From the sequence record NZ_CP086601.1: 64,000 bases of DNA. One strand, written 5' to 3'. This DNA is from a plasmid. The notes beneath the pieces are model-generated. The model had not been told where the DNA came from. It saw nothing but the letters and a program-made list of their open reading frames with translations, and did no database searches. Within the stretch, counting starts at the first letter, position 1; each line of letters begins with the position of its first letter. Shown one piece after another: positions 1 through 8,025 of this stretch. The position numbers and the translations under genes are program-made.

Positions 1-489
1 CTAGGCGTTCTGCGATGAAGGTTGGATCCCAGCCGGGATTGAAAGTGTCGACGTGGGTGAATCCGAGCCGCTCGTATAGGCCACGCAGGTTTCGGGTGGC
101 AGTCGAGCCGCAGCTTGGCGCACCCCTGCGTTCGCGCGGCATGGCGGCAAGCCTCGATCAGCGCGGAGCTGACACCCCGGCCCGCATGTGTCCGTCGTAC
201 CGCGAGCTTGTGCAGATATGCGGCGCTCCCCCTTGAGGGCGTCGGGCCAGAACTCGGGATCCTCGGCCGACAAGGTGCAACAGCCGACGATGCCGTCGCT
301 GCGACTCGCGACTAGGAGCTCGGATCTCAGGACGAAGGTCTCCGCGAATGTCCGGTCGATCCGCGCGACGTCCCAGGCGGGCGTTCCCTTGGCGGACATC
401 CACGCCGCAGCGTCGTGCATCAGCCGCACAACCTCGTCGATATCACCCGAGCAGGCGACCCGAACGTTCGGAGGCTCCTCGCTGTCCAT
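1..489 (-). pseudogene. class 1 integron 3'-CS orf5 (GNAT acetyltransferase-like). N-terminal 88 aa read in frame from 489; C-terminal part (..LYERLGFTHVDTFNPGWDPTFIAERL, rc of 1-80) is in a different frame, so apparent frameshift near 225; reaches window edge
   Basis: ORF-track protein MDSEEPPNVRVACSGDIDEVVRLMHDAAAWMSAKGTPAWDVARIDRTFAETFVLRSELLVAS.. recognised as orf5 from memory; frame break seen by translating rc of 1-225. Confidence 0.7.
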
Positions 490-626
490 TCGCTCCCCTG
501 GCGCGGTATGAACCGCCGCCTCATAGTGCAGTTTGATCCTGACGAGCCAGCATGTCTGCGCCCACCTTCGCGGAACCTGACCAGGGTCCGCTAGCGGGCG
601 GCCGGAAGGTGAATGCTAGGCATGAT

Positions 627-1454
627 CTAACCCTCGTCTCTGGCGTCGCGACTGCGAAATTTCGCGAGGGTTTCCGAGAAGGTGATTGCGCTTCGCAGAT
701 CTCCAGGCGCGTGGGTGCGGACGTAGTCAGCGCCATTGCCGATCGCGTGAAGTTCCGCCGCAAGGCTCGCTGGACCCAGATCCTTTACAGGAAGGCCAAC
801 GGTGGCGCCCAAGAAGGATTTCCGCGACACCGAGACCAATAGCGGAAGCCCCAACGCCGACTTCAGCTTTTGAAGGTTCGACAGCACGTGCAGCGATGTT
901 TCCGGTGCGGGGCTCAAGAAAAATCCCATCCCCGGATCGAGGATGAGCCGGTCGGCAGCGACCCCGCTCCGTCGCAAGGCGGAAACCCGCGCCTCGAAGA
1001 ACCGCACAATCTCGTCGAGCGCGTCTTCGGGTCGAAGGTGACCGGTGCGGGTGGCGATGCCATCCCGCTGCGCTGAGTGCATAACCACCAGCCTGCAGTC
1101 CGCCTCAGCAATATCGGGATAGAGCGCAGGGTCAGGAAATCCTTGGATATCGTTCAGGTAGCCCACGCCGCGCTTGAGCGCATAGCGCTGGGTTTCCGGT
1201 TGGAAGCTGTCGATTGAAACACGGTGCATCTGATCGGACAGGGCGTCTAAGAGCGGCGCAATACGTCTGATCTCATCGGCCGGCGATACAGGCCTCGCGT
1301 CCGGATGGCTGGCGGCCGGTCCGACATCCACGACGTCTGATCCGACTCGCAGCATTTCGATCGCCGCGGTGACAGCGCCGGCGGGGTCTAGCCGCCGGCT
1401 CTCATCGAAGAAGGAGTCCTCGGTGAGATTCAGAATGCCGAACACCGTCACCAT
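627..1454 (-). CDS. sul1: Sul1 dihydropteroate synthase (sulfonamide resistance); C-terminus ..RDARDEG* differs from the ..RDARDRGLDHA* I remember (one C apparently missing near 640)
   Basis: MVTVFGILNLTEDSFFDESRRLDPAGAVTAAIEMLRVGSDVVDVGPAASHPDARPVSPADEIRRIAPLLDALSDQMHRVSIDSFQ.. start ATG rc at 1452-1454. Confidence 0.9.
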   Translation of the reverse strand: MVTVFGILNLTEDSFFDESRRLDPAGAVTAAIEMLRVGSDVVDVGPAASHPDARPVSPADEIRRIAPLLDALSDQMHRVSIDSFQPETQRYALKRGVGYLNDIQGFPDPALYPDIAEADCRLVVMHSAQRDGIATRTGHLRPEDALDEIVRFFEARVSALRRSGVAADRLILDPGMGFFLSPAPETSLHVLSNLQKLKSALGLPLLVSVSRKSFLGATVGLPVKDLGPASLAAELHAIGNGADYVRTHAPGDLRSAITFSETLAKFRSRDARDEG

Positions 1455-2449
1455 GGCGTCGGCCTCCGCAGCGACTTCCACGATGGGGATCGGGCGAGCA
1501 AAAAGGCAGCAATGACGCCGTGGCACATTGGCGACTTCCACGTGGAAGTTTCACCGGCTCTGTTGCAAAAATCGTGAAGCTTGAGCATGCTTGGCGGAGA
1601 TTGGACGGACGGGTTAATGGCGATTTCGTCGGCTCTGTTGCAAAGATTGGCGGCAGTCAGAGGTAGGCTGTCGCTCTGCGCCGACCAGGCGGCTGCTGCG
1701 AAATGGTGGTTGAGCATGCCCATGGCCTCCGTCAGCGCCGAGGGCCCAATGCCAAAAGCTCTCTCCACAAGGCGCACCTCGCCCCTGATGCCGGGCTGCA
1801 GGCACCAGGGGCGAGCCTGTCCTTTGCGCAGGGCTCGCATGACTTCGAATCCCTTGATCGTGGCATAGGCCGTGGGGATCGATTTGAAACCGCGCACCGG
1901 CTTGATCAGTATCTTGAGCTTTCCGTGATCGGCCTCGATCACGTTATTGAGATACTTCACCTGCCGGTGGGCCGTCTCCCGGTCCAGCTTTCCTTCGCGC
2001 TTCAATTCGGTGATCGCTGCACCATAGCTCGGCGCTTTGTCGGTATTGAGCGTGGCAGGCTTTTCCCAGTGCTTCAGGCCTCGCAGGGCCTTGCCCAGGA
2101 ACCGCTTCGCTGCCTTGGCGCTGCGGGTCGGCGACAGGTAGAAATCGATCGTGTCGCCCCGCTTGTCGACTGCCCGGTACAGGTAGGTCCACTTGCCCCG
2201 CACCTTGACGTAGGTTTCATCCAGGCGCCAGCTCGGATCAAAGCCACGCCGCCAGAACCAGCGCAGCCGCTTCTCCATCTCCGGGGCGTAGCACTGGACC
2301 CAGCGATAGATCGTCGTATGGTCGACCGAAATGCCGCGTTCCGCCAGCATTTCCTCAAGGTCGCGATAGCTGATCGGATAGCGACAATACCAGCGCACCG
2401 CCCACAGGATCACATCACCCTGGAAATGGCGCCACTTGAAATCCGTCAT
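1448..2449 (-). CDS. IS6100 transposase (MTDFKWRHFQGDVILWAVRWYCRYPISYRDLEEMLAERGISVDHTTIYRW..). Expected 254-aa stop position (1685-1687) is TGG here, so the ORF reads through the left IR to a stop at 1448
   Basis: ORF track 1448..2485; start ATG rc at 2447-2449. Confidence 0.8.
   Translation of the reverse strand: MTDFKWRHFQGDVILWAVRWYCRYPISYRDLEEMLAERGISVDHTTIYRWVQCYAPEMEKRLRWFWRRGFDPSWRLDETYVKVRGKWTYLYRAVDKRGDTIDFYLSPTRSAKAAKRFLGKALRGLKHWEKPATLNTDKAPSYGAAITELKREGKLDRETAHRQVKYLNNVIEADHGKLKILIKPVRGFKSIPTAYATIKGFEVMRALRKGQARPWCLQPGIRGEVRLVERAFGIGPSALTEAMGMLNHHFAAAAWSAQSDSLPLTAANLCNRADEIAINPSVQSPPSMLKLHDFCNRAGETSTWKSPMCHGVIAAFLLARSPSWKSLRRPTPW
1557..1614. repeat. 58-bp partial inverted copy of the IS6100 terminus (GGCTCTGTTGCAAAAATCGTGAAGCTTGAGCATGCTTGGCGGAGATTGGACGGACGG), 16 bp left of the complete IS
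   Basis: identical to rc of 2453-2510. Confidence 0.8.
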
Positions 2450-2510
2450 CGTTCCGTCCGTCCAATCTCCGCCAAGCATGCTCAAGCTTCACGATTTTTG
2501 CAACAGAGCC
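1631..2510 (-). mobile_element. IS6100 (IS6 family), 880 bp, 14-bp terminal IRs GGCTCTGTTGCAAA at 1631-1644 and (rc) 2497-2510
   Basis: IRs seen directly; transposase translation matches IS6100 Tnp from memory. Confidence 0.9.
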
Positions 2511-2870
2511 GCCGTGGGCCCGCACCAGGTTTTGCGCCACCTTCGGCCCGCCCGCCCCGGCCATCGACGCCCACCGCTCAAACCCGCTCAGTTCCTCCGG
2601 AGTGCGTGCCGGTCGCACCCGGTACGCACCGACAGCGAGCTCGGTGACGGCGGCGGGCACCGCGGCGAGGCGCGGCGACGCCCGGCGAGAACTCACCGAC
2701 CTCTTCTTCGGCTTACGCCCCTTGGACTTCGGCACAGAACATCCCCCTTCGGCCGCCAGGCAATGACGTTGCTGCTCAACGCTACCGCCGGGCACCGACA
2801 CCGCAGCGACAACGCCATATCCGTTGTTCTTCGCCCCGGAACTACACCAGTATCGGGGTCTGTGGCTCAT
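2511..2870 (-). pseudogene. 5' part (about 120 codons) of an ORF starting at 2870 (ATGA overlap with upstream gene stop) and interrupted by the IS6100 insertion at 2510
   Basis: ORF 2415..2870 continues into IS6100 sequence (..KIVKLEHAWRRLDGR is IR-derived). Confidence 0.4.
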
Positions 2871-4912
2871 GCGGCCGCGAGGACCAGCTGATCGGCGGCC
2901 GCAGCGGCGGGCGGGGCGGCTGGTGTGCCGCCTTCACGCCAGAGCGGATCGCGCAGCCCGCGATGGACGGTGAGCGGAGCCGCGAGCACGGCCCGCGCGG
3001 CATCGGGCGGCAGGGCCCGGCCTGGGTTCGTGGTGAGCGCGTCGGCGGCGGCGGTGATGGTCTGGCGGCGGTCGAGCCAGGCGAACCATCGCCGCTGGTC
3101 GCTGCGGTGCAGGCCGGCGAGCACGGCCCGGCGGGCGGTGCGACGCTGTTGGCGCTGCTGGTCGGTGAGGGCGGTCCACCATTTGCGCTGGGCCCACAGC
3201 GACCGCAAGAGCTTGGCGGCAGGGTGCTGGGAGGTCGCGAGCCGGTCACCGGGGACGAGAGAGGCCAGGACGTCGTTGCGGAGCCGCCAGATCATCCGGT
3301 CGCGCTGGTAGGCGCGGCGTAGCCGGTGGGGGCAGGCGGTGCCGCGGGGGTGGGGTGTACCCCTAGTGAGTGAAGAACTCTGCGGAGGGGTTTCGGCCTG
3401 GATGGTGACGGCGGGCCCGGGGGCGTAGGCGTGGCAGTCGTCGGCGCCGCCTGCGTACTCGTGCACGCGCACGATCAAGCCGTGCTCGACGGCGGTGGCC
3501 AGGGCGCGGCGCACGGTGGCCAGATCGAGCCGTGCACGGATCGACAGGTCGCGGGTGGACATCGACCCGCCACGGGTCACGATCGCGGCCGAGAGGGCGT
3601 ACAGGGCCGCGGCGACCGATCGGCGGCGGCGCGGGTCCACGCCGGTCAGGGCCTCGGTGGCGGTGGCGAACGCGGCCCGCAGCGTGTCGATACGGTCGAT
3701 GGCCTGGGCCTGGGCCTGGTCGTGTGCGGGCTCGGTGGCGAGCTGGCGGCGGCGCGGTCGGTCCTGTGCGGCCTCGGCGCGGGCGCGCGTCCACAGCGGT
3801 GTCCACCAGCGGCGTGCGATGCGCGGGCACAGCGAGCGGACCCGCTGCCAGGCCGCGGTGGTGTCTAGGCCGTCTTCGGCGGCCGCGACGGTGACCGCGG
3901 AGACCCACATGTGCCGGACCCACCAGTCGCGGCCGCGTTCGGCGGATTTGCCGTCGCGGCGGGCGATCTCCTGCCACGCGGTCTCGGTGTCGACCCCGGC
4001 GCGGGCCATCGCGCACGATGCCCCGTATTCGGTCTCCGACCGGGAACCGGTGCCGGGCGCGGGCTGTGCCCGTCGGCGGCCCCGGCGGCCGGTGGTGCGG
4101 GCCGCCAGGTCCATCACGATTGCCGGGGTGATCGTGCAGGCCAGCACGGGGGAGGGCAGGCCGCGCCGGTGTGGCGCGGTCAGCAGTCGCAGCACCGCGC
4201 CGGTGCGGTCATCGACCACCACGCCGTAGCTGGCGGCCAGCTGGCGGCACAACGCCGCCCACTGCGTCGCGCGGGCCTGGTCCTGCAACACGGCCACGAC
4301 ATGGCGCCCGCCAGGGCGGCCGGAATCGCGCAGCAGGTAGGGGAGCTGGTGCCGGTGGCACCAGGCGATGAGGGCTTCGGCGACGGCATCCCCGATCACG
4401 GGGTCCTCGGCGTCGATGTCGGCGGCGACCAGGCCATCGGCCAGGCGGCCAGCAGCACTGGCCGCGGTCGCGTCGGTGAGCGCGGCGCGCGCGGCCTCGA
4501 GAGAATCCACCGGCTCACCGTGGTTGTCGGCATCGATCACCACGAACGGGCGGGTGTACATGGCGCGGTCGAGAGCGCCCAGCAGGGCGCGATTCGGACG
4601 CGAAATCCGGCGGTCGCCGGCTAGAGAATCAGCGGTGGTGGGATCGCAGATACCGACACGCGCGGAACCGGTTGAGCCTTCTTCCGGGCGCAAGGTATCC
4701 TCGAACCCGGAGCTATCCAGCATCGGGGTTCCTGAGGTTATCGGGGTTCCTGAGGTTTCTGAAACGAGTAGCGGTGCTGGTAGATCCACCGGGTGGGCTG
4801 AGCGGGAACTCACCCCCCACACTTCCGAAAGCTCCTGACGCCAACCAGGAGCTTTCGGCGTTTCAACAGCCTTTCGGCGTTGTCGCAGGTGGTCGGTAGA
4901 CCTACCTCGCAC
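2867..4912 (-). CDS. large replication-type protein, AEP primase-polymerase-like (motifs FVVIDADNHG, SGRPGGRHVVAVL) with C-terminal winged-helix-like segment; start uncertain (GTG at 4912 or ATG MLDSSGF at about 4723)
   Basis: 681-aa ORF; motif reading only. Confidence 0.45.
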   Translation of the reverse strand: MRGRSTDHLRQRRKAVETPKAPGWRQELSEVWGVSSRSAHPVDLPAPLLVSETSGTPITSGTPMLDSSGFEDTLRPEEGSTGSARVGICDPTTADSLAGDRRISRPNRALLGALDRAMYTRPFVVIDADNHGEPVDSLEAARAALTDATAASAAGRLADGLVAADIDAEDPVIGDAVAEALIAWCHRHQLPYLLRDSGRPGGRHVVAVLQDQARATQWAALCRQLAASYGVVVDDRTGAVLRLLTAPHRRGLPSPVLACTITPAIVMDLAARTTGRRGRRRAQPAPGTGSRSETEYGASCAMARAGVDTETAWQEIARRDGKSAERGRDWWVRHMWVSAVTVAAAEDGLDTTAAWQRVRSLCPRIARRWWTPLWTRARAEAAQDRPRRRQLATEPAHDQAQAQAIDRIDTLRAAFATATEALTGVDPRRRRSVAAALYALSAAIVTRGGSMSTRDLSIRARLDLATVRRALATAVEHGLIVRVHEYAGGADDCHAYAPGPAVTIQAETPPQSSSLTRGTPHPRGTACPHRLRRAYQRDRMIWRLRNDVLASLVPGDRLATSQHPAAKLLRSLWAQRKWWTALTDQQRQQRRTARRAVLAGLHRSDQRRWFAWLDRRQTITAAADALTTNPGRALPPDAARAVLAAPLTVHRGLRDPLWREGGTPAAPPAAAAADQLVLAAA

Positions 4913-4993
4913 ACTGGCGAGGATTGTTCAGTTCTGGGCGTCTGCCGCGGGCTGGGTACCGCGGCCGCTGTCGGTTGTTGTCGAGTCGCCGGG

Positions 4994-5296
4994 TCACGCG
5001 GACCGGCGGTGATCCCCCTCGATCTCGGTCTGGTTCAGGTGCTCGGTCAGGTGCTCGGGCTTGTTCGGCACCAGGAGGTCTTTCAGATCCCGCTTGGCCG
5101 TCTTCGCCAACAACTTCGTCAGGAAGGCGCTGCGGTCTTCACACCCGCACTGGCACCGCGACGGGTTCGAGCACGTGCACCCCCGCAGTTCGTCGACAAG
5201 CCGTTCCACGTTCTCGTGGAGGCGGAAAACGACGCGCTCGGTGGTGTAGCTGTGTCCCTTCGGTCCGCGCTTTCCCACGGCTGCTGATCCTGCCAT
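4994..5296 (-). CDS. small Cys-rich hypothetical protein (..GCTCSNPSRCQCGCEDRSAF..), 100 aa
   Basis: ORF 4994..5491, internal ATG at 5294-5296. Confidence 0.4.
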   Translation of the reverse strand: MAGSAAVGKRGPKGHSYTTERVVFRLHENVERLVDELRGCTCSNPSRCQCGCEDRSAFLTKLLAKTAKRDLKDLLVPNKPEHLTEHLNQTEIEGDHRRSA

Positions 5297-5509
5297 GAGC
5301 GGCAGCCGATTTGGAGGGCGACACGCGGAAAACGTGTCACCCGAATTTCGTGCGTCTGAAAGGGATAGGCGCGCAAGCGCCGGTCGCTGTCGGAACTCGT
5401 TCGGCATCGCTGCTTTGTCCTCCTGTTGGCGCGGCTGCTCGGCGGGACCGGTGTTTCCCGTCACCGTGGCCGCCTCCTGTCCGGCCCGCATTTGGCGCTG
5501 CGGGTGGAA

Positions 5510-5565
5510 GGTGCTGCCGCGCCAACTTCGTTGGCTTGCCTCGTGATTGAGTGCTGGTCAGGTCG
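5510..5565. repeat. dispersed intergenic repeat copy A (GGTGCTGCCGCGCCAACTTCGTTGGCTTGCCTCGTG + tail ..TGCTGGTCAGG) with GCCAAC-TTC-GTTGGC hairpin
   Basis: same element at 14761-14816, 30971-31006 (variant), 56101-56155 (rc). Confidence 0.8.
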
Positions 5566-6115
5566 GCATGGTGGTGACGGCGGTGACGGTCCAGACCGGT
5601 TGTTTGGTGACCGTGACCAGCGTTGCGGCGGTGAACGGCGCGGTGCCGTCGGCGTCGATGCGGGTGACGAGCTTGCGTTGCCAGGTCACATCGGTGTCGA
5701 CGGGGTGCTGCTCGCTGCTGACCTCGGTGGTCGTGCGGATCTCGGCGCGGCGGTCCATCCACTGCTCCCACAGCTGGCGGGGGACCGGGTAGGGCCGGTA
5801 GTCCTGTGCGGCACGGGGTGTCAGCAGGGGCTTGGCGCGGCGTACGGCGGCCTCGGGGCCGGTGTCGCCGTCGGCGGGTCTCCAGTCGAACAACGCGGTC
5901 ACCGCCGCCACGGCGACCGTCTGGGGGTCGTTGCGGTCGAGTTCGGTCCACGGGGCGGGCAGCGGCGGCAGCGGGGCGATGCTGGCTCCGGACGGCACGC
6001 CGGTGCCGTGGTCGTGGTCGTGTTCGCCGAAATCGTCTGCGGGCCTGGAGCAGGCCGCGACGGCGGCGACGGTGAGCGCGAGCAGCGCGGCGGCCAACCG
6101 CTGGCGGTAGGTCAT
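5558..6115 (-). CDS. lipoprotein (signal peptide + lipobox LTVAAVAAC)
   Basis: MTYRQRLAAALLALTVAAVAACSRP..; ATGA overlap with upstream gene. Confidence 0.65.
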   Translation of the reverse strand: MTYRQRLAAALLALTVAAVAACSRPADDFGEHDHDHGTGVPSGASIAPLPPLPAPWTELDRNDPQTVAVAAVTALFDWRPADGDTGPEAAVRRAKPLLTPRAAQDYRPYPVPRQLWEQWMDRRAEIRTTTEVSSEQHPVDTDVTWQRKLVTRIDADGTAPFTAATLVTVTKQPVWTVTAVTTMPT

Positions 6116-6459
6116 CGCGCACCCCCGAAACCGCCGTCGAACAGCAGGTACCCGGCGTAGAGGGTGTAGACGGCGCCGATGACGGCGGTGGTCAGCACGT
6201 AGACGCGCAGCGCGCGGCCGCGGGCACCGGTGGCGGCCGGGTCGGCGAGCTGGATTGCCAGCACCCAGACGACGACACCACCGACCCACCACAGCAGGAC
6301 CGCGGCGGGGTCGTCGGCGCCGCCGGTGAGAGCTGGCACCAGCGCGGGGACGGTGGCGATCACCGCCAGGTGCACCGCGAGCATGGCGCGGCGGACGTGG
6401 CGGTCGATGGCCGCGGCGATCCGTCGCGCGTCCGGTCCGTGTGCTGCGGGTGTGTTCAC
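6112..6459 (-). CDS. small integral membrane protein (3 predicted TM helices), GTG start with GGAGGT RBS
   Basis: VNTPAAHG..MLAVHLAVIATVPALVPALTGG..VLLWWVGGVVVWVLAIQL.. Confidence 0.5.
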   Translation of the reverse strand: MNTPAAHGPDARRIAAAIDRHVRRAMLAVHLAVIATVPALVPALTGGADDPAAVLLWWVGGVVVWVLAIQLADPAATGARGRALRVYVLTTAVIGAVYTLYAGYLLFDGGFGGAR

Positions 6460-8021
6460 TGCGTACCTCCAATGCTGTTGGCGGCCGCCGACACTGCGGT
6501 CTGGCCGGTGTCGGTCTGGCCGGTGTAGCGGCGGATGGCGATGAGCTGGCCGCCGTCGGAAACGGGGGCCTCGGTGACGGTCTGGCCGAAGGTGGGGGCG
6601 TGGATCATCTGCCCGGCTCCGGCGTAGACGCCGACGTGATCGGCGGCACCGCCGGACCCGAAGAACACCAGGTCGCCGGGCTCGGCCTGGGACAGGTCGG
6701 CGACGGGGACGCCTTGCCCCATTTGGCCGGGGTTGCCGGGGTCGCCGGTGTAGTGCGGCAGCACGACAGCGCCGCCGGTGGCTTGGGCGATCGCGTAGAG
6801 GGTGAGCCCGGAGCAGTCGAACCCGCCGCCGGTGGGGCCGTTGGCGTCTCCGCCGCCCCACACGTAGGGCAATCCGATCTGCGAGCGGGCGGCCGCGACG
6901 ATGGCCGCGCCGGTGCTGGGGTCGCCCGGTGCGGGGGCCTGGCCGGGGGAGCCCGGCCGGGGGCATCCGGGGCTGGTCGGCGCGACGCCTTGCAGGCGGG
7001 TGAAGATCTCGCGGGCCTCGGCCTCACGTTCGCCGTACTTGTAGCGCAGGTCTTCGCGCGGGCGCTGGATGTCGGCGGCGGCCTCGGTGAAGGACTTGGA
7101 CTGCCAATCGGAGGACAAGAACCGCTCGAAGTAGTTGCGGGCCTGGAAACCGGGGTCCATCAGGTCTTTCACCGATCCCCATCCCTGGCTGGGGCGCTGC
7201 TGGAGGATGCCCACCGAGTCGTAGTCGCCGGGGGCTACGCCGTCGTTGGGGTAGGACATCGATTCCGGGACCGCGCGGGAGGCAAGGTTGCGTAGCCCGG
7301 ACTCGACCAGGCCGACGGCAAGGGCGCTGACAATCGCCTCGTCAGGGGCGCCCATTGCCTTGCCGGCGGAGATGACGGCCACGGCGTTGCGGTCCACAGC
7401 GGTGGATGCCTCCGCGGCCAGATCCTCACCGGGCACCGGTGCCGGGCTGCCGGTGCTGCTGGTGCCGTTGCGGGCGGCCTCGAGGTAGGGGCCGGGGTCG
7501 GTGTCGGTGCCTCCGGCGAGCCGATTGCCGTTCCAGACCTCGAAATGCAGGTGCGGGCCCGACGATTGGCCGGAGTTGCCGGATCGGGCGATGGTCTGCC
7601 CGGCGGTCACCTGGTCACCGACGGAGACCAGCACCCCGCCGGGGTCCATGTGCCCGTACACGGTGGACATCGGTTTGCCGTCGATGACGTGGTCGATGAC
7701 CACCCATCCGCCGAACCCCTGCACGCCGCTGTCCTGGGCGGCGGTGACCGTGCCGTCGGCCATCGCATAGACCGGGCTGCCGGTGGGCACCGGGAAGTCC
7801 ACGCCGCGGTGATCGGGCCGGTCCGCGCTGCGGTAGCCGGACCCGACTTCCACGCTGGGATCCAGCGGGTAGGCCAACGGACCGGTGACGGTGATGCCGC
7901 CGCCGGTCGGGCCGCATCCGGCGTTGTCCTGCTCCTGAGCGCAGCGGGCCAGCAGCAGGAACAGCAGCAGGACGACGGCGGCGATCTTGCGCCAGTGGCG
8001 GATGAGCGGTGTCGATTCCAT
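6456..8021 (-). CDS. secreted cell-wall hydrolase: signal peptide, M23 peptidase domain (..GHMDPGG..HLHFEV..), central domain, C-terminal NlpC/P60 domain (..GFDCSGLT..HVGVY..)
   Basis: MESTPLIRHWRKIAAVVLLLFLLLARCAQ.. start rc ATG 8019-8021. Confidence 0.75.
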   Translation of the reverse strand: MESTPLIRHWRKIAAVVLLLFLLLARCAQEQDNAGCGPTGGGITVTGPLAYPLDPSVEVGSGYRSADRPDHRGVDFPVPTGSPVYAMADGTVTAAQDSGVQGFGGWVVIDHVIDGKPMSTVYGHMDPGGVLVSVGDQVTAGQTIARSGNSGQSSGPHLHFEVWNGNRLAGGTDTDPGPYLEAARNGTSSTGSPAPVPGEDLAAEASTAVDRNAVAVISAGKAMGAPDEAIVSALAVGLVESGLRNLASRAVPESMSYPNDGVAPGDYDSVGILQQRPSQGWGSVKDLMDPGFQARNYFERFLSSDWQSKSFTEAAADIQRPREDLRYKYGEREAEAREIFTRLQGVAPTSPGCPRPGSPGQAPAPGDPSTGAAIVAAARSQIGLPYVWGGGDANGPTGGGFDCSGLTLYAIAQATGGAVVLPHYTGDPGNPGQMGQGVPVADLSQAEPGDLVFFGSGGAADHVGVYAGAGQMIHAPTFGQTVTEAPVSDGGQLIAIRRYTGQTDTGQTAVSAAANSIGGTQ

Positions 8022-8025
8022 CGCG

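Noticed and set aside
3363..4229. Several 120-245-aa Arg-rich ORFs in both strands inside the replicase gene
   Set aside because: Overlap a long in-frame gene. The RRRR/GRG composition is characteristic of out-of-frame GC-rich DNA.
5337..6122. 261-aa minus-strand ORF overlapping the lipoprotein gene in another frame
   Set aside because: Arg/His-rich artefact. The lipoprotein frame has a signal peptide and lipobox.
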